DNA from: Defluviitaleaceae bacterium
GTDB lineage: Bacteria; Bacillota; Clostridia; Lachnospirales; WRAX01
Direction: 5' to 3'
DNA length: 64,000 bases
Assembly: GCA_009784575.1 (NCBI GenBank)
Contig: WRBK01000005.1
Coordinates: 37,457 to 101,456, forward strand
Below the pieces are notes generated by a model. It saw only the letters and a list, made by a program, of their open reading frames with translations, was not told where the DNA came from and searched no databases. Within the stretch, counting starts at the first letter, position 1. Each line of letters begins with the position of its first letter. The translations under genes and the position numbers were made by a program. Shown here in pieces: positions 58,390 through 64,000 of this stretch.

Positions 58390-59486
58390 AAAAAACCGCC
58401 TTCATATGGGACGAAAGCTATTTTTGGCATAATGCTGGCGGCGGCGCGCTTTTTGAGCCAGTTGGCGGCTATATTCAAGAAAATGGTTCAGTAGAAAGTC
58501 CAGAAAGCAAGCGCAGGATAAAGAATTTGCTTGAAAAAAGCAGATTGATGGAGCAATTGGTGCAAATAAAGCCCATGTTCGCAACCCATGGGCAATTGCG
58601 GTATTTTCATACACAAAGGCATATAGATAATGTGAAAAAATTGAGCGAAACAGGCGGCGGTGATTGTGGCGATTCTGCTATTGTTGGGCGCGGTTCATAT
58701 GAAATAGCAAAGCTATCAGCAGGCGGTGCCATAACTGCCGTAAAAACGGTTGTGGAAAGTGATAGCATTAAAACTGCATATGCGCTAACGAGACCACCAG
58801 GGCATCATGCTGAGGCAGACCAAGGCATGGGTTTTTGTATATTTAATAATATTGTGATAGCTACTAAGTATGCACAAAGAGAGCTAGGTGTAGGCAAAAT
58901 AGCCATAATAGATTGGGATGCACACCATGGCAATGGCACAGAAGATGCTTTTTATGAAGATGATAGCGTGCTTTTTATATCCATACATCAAGACAATTTA
59001 GAACCTATAGGCAGAGGGAAGATGCGGGATATAGGCAAGGGCAAGGGTGAGGGGTATACAGTCAACATACCCTTATATGCTGGCTCTGGGGATGCTGTGT
59101 ACAAATACGCATTTGAGCAAATCATCACTCCTGCTATAGCCAATTTCGCGCCTGAGTTGATACTGATTTCTGCTGGGCAGGATGCTAGTATTTTTGACCC
59201 CTTAGCTAGAATGATGCTCTCTGTTAGCGGCTATAAGTATATGGCGAGCGTTATCAAAAAACTCGCGGATAAATATGCGGACGGCCGCTTGGTATGTCTG
59301 CATGAGGGCGGCTACTGCCCTACATATGTGCCTTTTTGCACACATGCCATCATAGAGGAGCTATGCAGCATGTCCACAAATGTAGGCGACCCTTTTATAT
59401 ACGCCATGGCTGGCACAAGTTATAATGAGCTTATGCCGCATCAAAAGCAAAGAGTGGATGAAATAAAAGAGCATCTAGGATTATAA
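58386..59486 (+). CDS. histone deacetylase-family amidohydrolase (acetylpolyamine/acetoin-utilisation type)
   Basis: RPPGHHAEADQGMGFCIFNN and IIDWDAHHGNGTEDAF. ATGA overlap with the GNAT gene. Confidence 0.9.
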   Translation: MKKTAFIWDESYFWHNAGGGALFEPVGGYIQENGSVESPESKRRIKNLLEKSRLMEQLVQIKPMFATHGQLRYFHTQRHIDNVKKLSETGGGDCGDSAIVGRGSYEIAKLSAGGAITAVKTVVESDSIKTAYALTRPPGHHAEADQGMGFCIFNNIVIATKYAQRELGVGKIAIIDWDAHHGNGTEDAFYEDDSVLFISIHQDNLEPIGRGKMRDIGKGKGEGYTVNIPLYAGSGDAVYKYAFEQIITPAIANFAPELILISAGQDASIFDPLARMMLSVSGYKYMASVIKKLADKYADGRLVCLHEGGYCPTYVPFCTHAIIEELCSMSTNVGDPFIYAMAGTSYNELMPHQKQRVDEIKEHLGL

Positions 59487-59495
59487 GAACAATAA

Positions 59496-59530
59496 AAAAC
59501 GCCCCGACAAATAATATGCGGGGCGTTTTG
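59496..59530. terminator. bidirectional intrinsic terminator
   Basis: AAAACGCCCCG-(12 nt)-CGGGGCGTTTT. Confidence 0.8.
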
Positions 59531-59547
59531 GAATTTTGTCAAAAAAC

Positions 59548-60423
59548 TTACCTTCTTTTTGCGCCGCTTGCTAATTTGTTAAGAGATACAACTAGCAAAA
59601 TAGTACCTGTGTAGGTAACTATGCTAAAGAGGAATGTCAATGTTAGGTCTCTCATGAGGTTGCTTAGCATATCAAGTATACCAAACTGTGCCAACTCAGG
59701 AGCTATCCATCTTAACTCCCACATAATTTCATTTATCATCATATCAAATGCAAAGCCCATTGCGCCAATAGTGGCAAGCCCGATAAGAGATAAAAGCAAG
59801 CCAAGACCTGTAATCAACATAGCTATTATGGTAAAAGGCAACACGCCGCGTAGCGGGTTAAAGGTGTTGAAATTGATATTGTCCCTAATACTATTGATAA
59901 TTTTAAGGATAGCGGCATAATAAAATACTATCACGCACACAAATATACCCATTGTGAGTAAAAAAACGAGGAATAAAGGTCCAAAACCAATGCCGCCCAT
60001 TTGAGAGACCCCAATAAATGCAATTATGAACACTATGAGTGCCAAAAGCGCGACAAGGGAGAAAAGCACGAGCATTATAATTGTGTGAACCTTAAAGAGC
60101 GTTAAAGCCGTAAGGGTCTTTTCTGGCAACCTAGGGGCTTTGGATGCGGCAAAGATAAGCCATAAAGCCGTGATGGGCAAAGCTGCAAGCAACAAGCCGA
60201 AAATGTCGAAAATACTAAAGGCAACAAAAATAGAAAGCAATGTACCAGCAGTAAATAGTATCGAGCCTACCAAAAACAGGCCGCTCTTGCCTTGGTTATG
60301 TAGATGCTCTATAAAACTACCTGCCGTAGGTGGTGTAGGTGCATAGGGTTGATATGGCGAGCCATGCGGTGGCATACCACCAGGTGCGCCGTAAGGTGGC
60401 TGGTTAGGGAATTGATTTGACAT
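59548..60423 (-). CDS. polytopic membrane protein with a Pro/Gly-rich N-terminus
   Basis: 291 aa: MSNQFPNQPPYGAPGGMPPHGSPYQPYAPTPPTAG followed by about 6 TMs. Confidence 0.6.
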   Translation of the reverse strand: MSNQFPNQPPYGAPGGMPPHGSPYQPYAPTPPTAGSFIEHLHNQGKSGLFLVGSILFTAGTLLSIFVAFSIFDIFGLLLAALPITALWLIFAASKAPRLPEKTLTALTLFKVHTIIMLVLFSLVALLALIVFIIAFIGVSQMGGIGFGPLFLVFLLTMGIFVCVIVFYYAAILKIINSIRDNINFNTFNPLRGVLPFTIIAMLITGLGLLLSLIGLATIGAMGFAFDMMINEIMWELRWIAPELAQFGILDMLSNLMRDLTLTFLFSIVTYTGTILLVVSLNKLASGAKRR

Positions 60424-60509
60424 AAATATACCTCCATCTATAATTAATTATGAACGCAGTATTAATAATATCACAAAAATAATTCAAATGCAACGAAAAT
60501 ATCGCAAAA

Positions 60510-60935
60510 TTACACATAACCCATTTCTTGCAACTTTATCTCACGTATCCTGCGGCAAATAGCGGATATATTCTCCCAATCTTCCTCGTCTGCTGCCATC
60601 ACAGAGTTCATGAAGATGAATTTGGAGCGGCCAAGAAAGTCTGCTTCCAACCTAGCCAGCTCGTGTGAATCCCCATATTCATATGCAAAAATAACCTCCT
60701 CCAGATTGCGTGGCGAGATGATAAGTGGAATATATGGTTCTATAATGTCTATCAAAGCCGTAAGCTCCTTGTATTTCTGCGGATATGCCAGACGCATATA
60801 GTAATAAAAGCTTTCGATATTTATAAAATGCATATGCTCTGGCATTTGGTTTTTGAAAAAAACCAATATCTGGCGCAAATCTTCCATAAAGCAAATAAGA
60901 CTTCTATCCGATATTATTTTTGATATAACTCGCAA
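60510..60935 (-). CDS. hypothetical cytoplasmic protein
   Basis: 141-aa ORF. The true start is uncertain; MEDLRQ at about 60885 is possible. Confidence 0.45.
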   Translation of the reverse strand: MRVISKIISDRSLICFMEDLRQILVFFKNQMPEHMHFINIESFYYYMRLAYPQKYKELTALIDIIEPYIPLIISPRNLEEVIFAYEYGDSHELARLEADFLGRSKFIFMNSVMAADEEDWENISAICRRIREIKLQEMGYV

Positions 60936-61079
60936 TATACATCACTCTCCGTCAACATAGTTTACGCAGTTTTGTCTTGGCTAAACATTCAAAATAACTT
61001 CAATTTTCCCGAAACTTTTTGGACGCATATTGCGTATATGTTGATAGTGTGATAAAATAGATGGAAGGGGAAATACAAG

Positions 61080-61802
61080 ATGAATGACAAAAAAGATTTT
61101 ATAGACCTGAGAGAAGGTGCAGAAAAAAATGAGGTTATAGGCAATGGTCCGCCGCCTACAGGCTATGCTCCTGAGCCAATACCTATTGCCAACAAATGTA
61201 AAGTGAGCGTACCTTTAATAATCCTTATGTCTCTTGGGGCTGTGGTTTTGATTGCTATAGCATCTACCGCTGCTGTGGGTACGACACTTTTTAGGAATGC
61301 CGCAGACAATGTGCGAGTTACCACAGAAGTTATGACCATGGAAGCCACCAGAATTGATAATTTTGCAACGCAGATAGAAACGCGTGCAAATATTTGGGCA
61401 GGCGACCTAGAAACAAGCATTATGGCTTGGGCGGATGACTTGGAAGATAATATCATGAATTGGGTAGATAGCTTTATCTTTCAAGATGGCATGTTTTTCG
61501 GGAATTTCCAAACGATGGGTCAGTTTTATAGTGTTATAGACATCAATCTTGGCACGAATAATGACTTGCATATTTTGACACATAACGACCCGCATATTAT
61601 GTTTGATAGTGGCGGTCGCAATGTAATGATGTTGTCTTTGAGTGAACAAGATGCAATTTCTGTGTGGGATGCTGACCAATTTGGTGGCGGCACGCTAACG
61701 GTACGTATACCAAACAACTGGCGGGGCGATATCAACATAATCTCTGCTGGATATATTGATATATCAGGTGATTTGCCTGTGGGTGTTGTGATAAATGACT
61801 AA
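61080..61802 (+). CDS. single-pass membrane-anchored protein, function unknown
   Basis: 240 aa with a Pro-rich cytoplasmic N-terminus, one TM (VPLIILMSLGAVVLIAIAST), and a beta-rich C-terminus. Confidence 0.6.
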   Translation: MNDKKDFIDLREGAEKNEVIGNGPPPTGYAPEPIPIANKCKVSVPLIILMSLGAVVLIAIASTAAVGTTLFRNAADNVRVTTEVMTMEATRIDNFATQIETRANIWAGDLETSIMAWADDLEDNIMNWVDSFIFQDGMFFGNFQTMGQFYSVIDINLGTNNDLHILTHNDPHIMFDSGGRNVMMLSLSEQDAISVWDADQFGGGTLTVRIPNNWRGDINIISAGYIDISGDLPVGVVIND

Positions 61803-61835
61803 AGTAATAATAACTTCAAAGCAAGTAACATCTGC

Positions 61836-61873
61836 ATTCTTGAATGAACTTGAAGCGTTGTTCATTCAAGAAT
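61836..61873 (+). terminator. intrinsic terminator-like hairpin
   Basis: ATTCTTGAATGAAC-(10 nt)-GTTCATTCAAGAAT, a perfect 14-bp stem followed by TTTGCCGTT. Confidence 0.6.
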
Positions 61874-61937
61874 TTGCCGTTACTGTTTTCAGGTAATATT
61901 ACTATAACCCACAGGATAAAATGGGGGTACATACATA

Positions 61938-62756
61938 ATGAGAAGACTAAAAACGGCAGTCATGGTAATATGCGTGCTTATCTTGCTTGGCACAGCATCT
62001 GTTGGGGCTATTTGGGCTATTACGTCAAATGCAAATGCAGCAGAGGTGGTAGCAGCAACGCCCACGCCACTGGTATTACCACCGCGAGATAATATGCCTA
62101 TCGATGAAGTGATTGTGGCGCAAGAAGTGTATGTAGAAACCCAAGAAGAATCACTGGGTATAAGTATCGATTACAGCGATATTCCGTGGAATCTCACCCT
62201 TGTGAACCGTTACAACATACTACCTGAAGACTTTACGGTATATACCGCTGAGGCGAGTAACGGACATTATTTTGATGCTCGTGCGGTGGATAGCCTTGTT
62301 GCTATGCTTAACAGCGCACGCGCCGAGGGGCTTTCGCCCCTTGTGGTTTCTGGGCATCGCTCCATTGCTCGCCAAACCACACTTTTTAATAATCAGCTAA
62401 ACCGTCAGCTTGACTTGGGATATGATGAAGAAACGGCTTTTGACAATGCCCGCCGCGTGGTGGCTTACCCTGGTGAAAGCGAGCATAACCTAGGGCTGGC
62501 TGTAGATATTGTATCTAATAACCACCTAGGTTTGACGGCATCTTTTAGTGAAACACCAGAGGGCATGTGGTTAGCGGAAAATAGTCATCGCTACGGCTTT
62601 GTGCTACGTTACCCATACCATAAGCAGGACATAACGCATATTATCTATGAGCCATGGCATTTTAGATATGTAGGTGTTCCACATGCTACCACCATGTTTG
62701 AAATGGATTTGGTTTTGGAAGAATACATAGAGATGCTAATATTGAATGATGAATAA
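61938..62756 (+). CDS. D-alanyl-D-alanine carboxypeptidase, VanY/M15B family
   Basis: 272 aa with a signal anchor and SGHRSIARQ, ESEHNLGLAVDI and EPWHFRYVG, the zinc-ligand motifs. Confidence 0.88.
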   Translation: MRRLKTAVMVICVLILLGTASVGAIWAITSNANAAEVVAATPTPLVLPPRDNMPIDEVIVAQEVYVETQEESLGISIDYSDIPWNLTLVNRYNILPEDFTVYTAEASNGHYFDARAVDSLVAMLNSARAEGLSPLVVSGHRSIARQTTLFNNQLNRQLDLGYDEETAFDNARRVVAYPGESEHNLGLAVDIVSNNHLGLTASFSETPEGMWLAENSHRYGFVLRYPYHKQDITHIIYEPWHFRYVGVPHATTMFEMDLVLEEYIEMLILNDE

Positions 62757-62774
62757 GGGGACGTAAATTCGTAA

Positions 62775-63176
62775 ATGAAAATTAGAGCGCACCACCTGCT
62801 TTGTATGCAGGGCTTCCAAGGATATGGATATAATAGCGACTTTGTAGCACATTTGGGCGACATAGTCGCCTTTTTGCGTGCCAACCCTGGGCAAATAGTG
62901 CAGATTGTGGATATTTGCGATGATATTTGCGATGGATGCCCACATGCGCATGACAAAATGTGCATGAAAGACGATGGAGCGGATGGTAGGATAAAGAGTA
63001 TGGATAAAGATGTGCTTGCGGGCATCAGAGTTTGTGAGAATGCTACCATGCCGTTTTCGCAAGCTATCGATTTGGTTAATACCGCTTTCAAGGCGCAGCA
63101 CGATGTGGAACATATATGTGGCAACTGCGGGTGGCACAAAGAGTGTCTATGGTATATATCGCTTGAAAAATGGTAA
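62775..63176 (+). CDS. DUF1284 domain protein (Cys-rich, probable metal/Fe-S binding)
   Basis: 133 aa with MKIRAHHLLCMQGFQGYGYN...CDDICDGCPH...CGNCGW. Confidence 0.7.
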   Translation: MKIRAHHLLCMQGFQGYGYNSDFVAHLGDIVAFLRANPGQIVQIVDICDDICDGCPHAHDKMCMKDDGADGRIKSMDKDVLAGIRVCENATMPFSQAIDLVNTAFKAQHDVEHICGNCGWHKECLWYISLEKW

Positions 63177-63209
63177 AACTTCTCATAAAAAGATTGGAAG
63201 TTGATTTTT

Positions 63210-63818
63210 ATGAGAAAATTCTTATATTCAGGCATGATAACGATGACCATAGCCCTCATTGGATTTGCGGTGTGGCTTGTTGTGTCCTTGGCAAACAACA
63301 GCGGAGAGGTGGATGACACAATACAACTAGCTACCCTTATCCCTGATAATGCCACCACAGATGACAGCGAGCCACCTTCCTTCGGTGACGAAGCAAGCAG
63401 TTTTTTTGTACAAGTTGATGATGTAGTTAGAATTTCGTCCTTTACCCGCATTATATATGACTATTACCACCCAGAAAGCGGTGGCTTTGACACGATAATA
63501 GAACATCCTGCCCAATTTTTACTGAACATGACACAAGAAGAACTGACTAATATGTTCGCAGATTGGGAGGTGTTGTCTTTTTCGCCGCTAGAGGTACACT
63601 TGCGGCAAAGCACGCAAGTAGAGTATCGCCTATATGTAATAGGTGTACATGAAGGCTATATTGCGGTGTTTTATGATGATGAGCATTATAGCATAAAAGA
63701 GCTAACAAGCAGACCTGTTACTGCGCTGGCCGCGGAAGAGCAGCAGAGGTTACAGCAAGGTATACGTGTGACAGGTGCAGAAGAGCTTATGCGTGCTCTG
63801 GAAGATTTTAGCAGTTAG
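63210..63818 (+). CDS. membrane-anchored protein with a BofC-C-terminal-like domain
   Basis: N-terminal TM. C-terminal YRLYVIGVHEGYIAVFYDDEHYSIKELTSRPVTALAAEEQQRLQQGIRV resembles BofC-type domains. Confidence 0.5.
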   Translation: MRKFLYSGMITMTIALIGFAVWLVVSLANNSGEVDDTIQLATLIPDNATTDDSEPPSFGDEASSFFVQVDDVVRISSFTRIIYDYYHPESGGFDTIIEHPAQFLLNMTQEELTNMFADWEVLSFSPLEVHLRQSTQVEYRLYVIGVHEGYIAVFYDDEHYSIKELTSRPVTALAAEEQQRLQQGIRVTGAEELMRALEDFSS

Positions 63819-64000
63819 CTTGACTTATATGCCTTCATAGCAGATATTACTTCTATCAAAAACTGCTTATCTTTTTCTGTGAAATTTTGTAAAAGGCTTT
63901 CGATAAATAAATCGGAAGCTTTTTTATTGCCTTGCGGTAAATGACCAATAAGAAAGTTTACATCAACATCAAGAGCATTGGCTATAGCTATACCCATTTC
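63815..64000 (-). CDS. XRE-family HTH regulator, C-terminal part (N-terminus beyond the window)
   Basis: ...GIAIANALDVDVNFLIGH is the end of an XRE HTH, followed by a short helical tail. The reading frame stays open to the window edge. Confidence 0.5.
   Translation of the reverse strand, partial: EMGIAIANALDVDVNFLIGHLPQGNKKASDLFIESLLQNFTEKDKQFLIEVISAMKAYKSS

Noticed and set aside
62645-63451. Long 268-aa minus-strand ORF spanning three plus-strand genes.
   Set aside because: It is antisense to VanY, DUF1284 and the BofC-like gene, all of which have clear motifs. Its product is Ser/Cys/Ile-rich and low-complexity, and it has no SD. This is a typical shadow ORF.
1-64000. Searched by eye for rRNA, tRNA, CRISPR arrays, IS elements, integrases, reverse transcriptases (DGR/retron) and prophage genes.
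   Set aside because: I found no regularly spaced direct repeats, no cloverleaf-like GC-rich 75-nt islands in intergenic regions, and no transposase, integrase or RT motifs in any listed ORF. Small ncRNAs cannot be excluded without covariance-model searches.

Overview
This is a chromosomal segment from a low-GC Gram-positive bacterium, probably a spore-forming member of the Clostridia. That placement rests on spoVG, a BofC-like gene, lysS-greA-dusB-coaX...ftsH-tilS synteny, and a ferredoxin-dependent four-subunit 2-oxoacid oxidoreductase. All calls come from reading the translations and DNA by eye; no homology search was possible.

Layout:
- 1-7.5 kb: housekeeping block on the minus strand (lysS partial, greA, dusB, coaX, three small genes, ftsH, tilS).
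- 7.6-14.7 kb: polysaccharide deacetylases, a POR/VOR-type oxidoreductase operon behind a long structured leader, and a decayed TPR/HTH regulator preceded by a tiny Cys-rich peptide ORF.
- 15.4-21 kb: MerR-MATE and TetR-MFS efflux modules and bcp.
- 18.7-29.1 kb: an accessory-looking stretch. It holds gene remnants and a duplicated about 160-210 bp segment flanking the TetR-MFS cassette, a DUF4065/Panacea (PanA-type) antitoxin-like gene followed by a small two-TM ORF, a YvfRSTU/Lnr-like ABC plus HisKA_3/NarL two-component operon, and an AT-richer AAA-ATPase + RloB (AbiL-like) pair.
- 29.1-33.5 kb: murC, glgCD, spoVG.
- 33.5-44.5 kb: MATE-MarR, a GH18/ROK/ABC sugar-uptake locus, and a TetR-ABC exporter.
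- 44.5-48.8 kb: a 703-aa secreted beta-helix-like protein, an SH3b protein, and a frameshifted P-loop gene.
- 48.8-59.5 kb: an about 10.7 kb co-directional gene string, gltX-MoxR-DUF58-(87 aa)-transglutaminase-VOC-formamidase-hemolysin III-GNAT fusion-HDAC.
- 59.5-64 kb: several unknown membrane proteins, VanY, DUF1284, a BofC-like gene, and a partial XRE gene.

I found no rRNA, tRNA, CRISPR array, transposase or integrase.

The most interesting candidates are the PanA + small membrane ORF pair, the AbiL-like pair, the peptide + reversed-architecture regulator locus, the unclassified leader RNA upstream of the oxidoreductase operon, and the tightly coupled VOC-formamidase-PAQR-GNAT-HDAC set.
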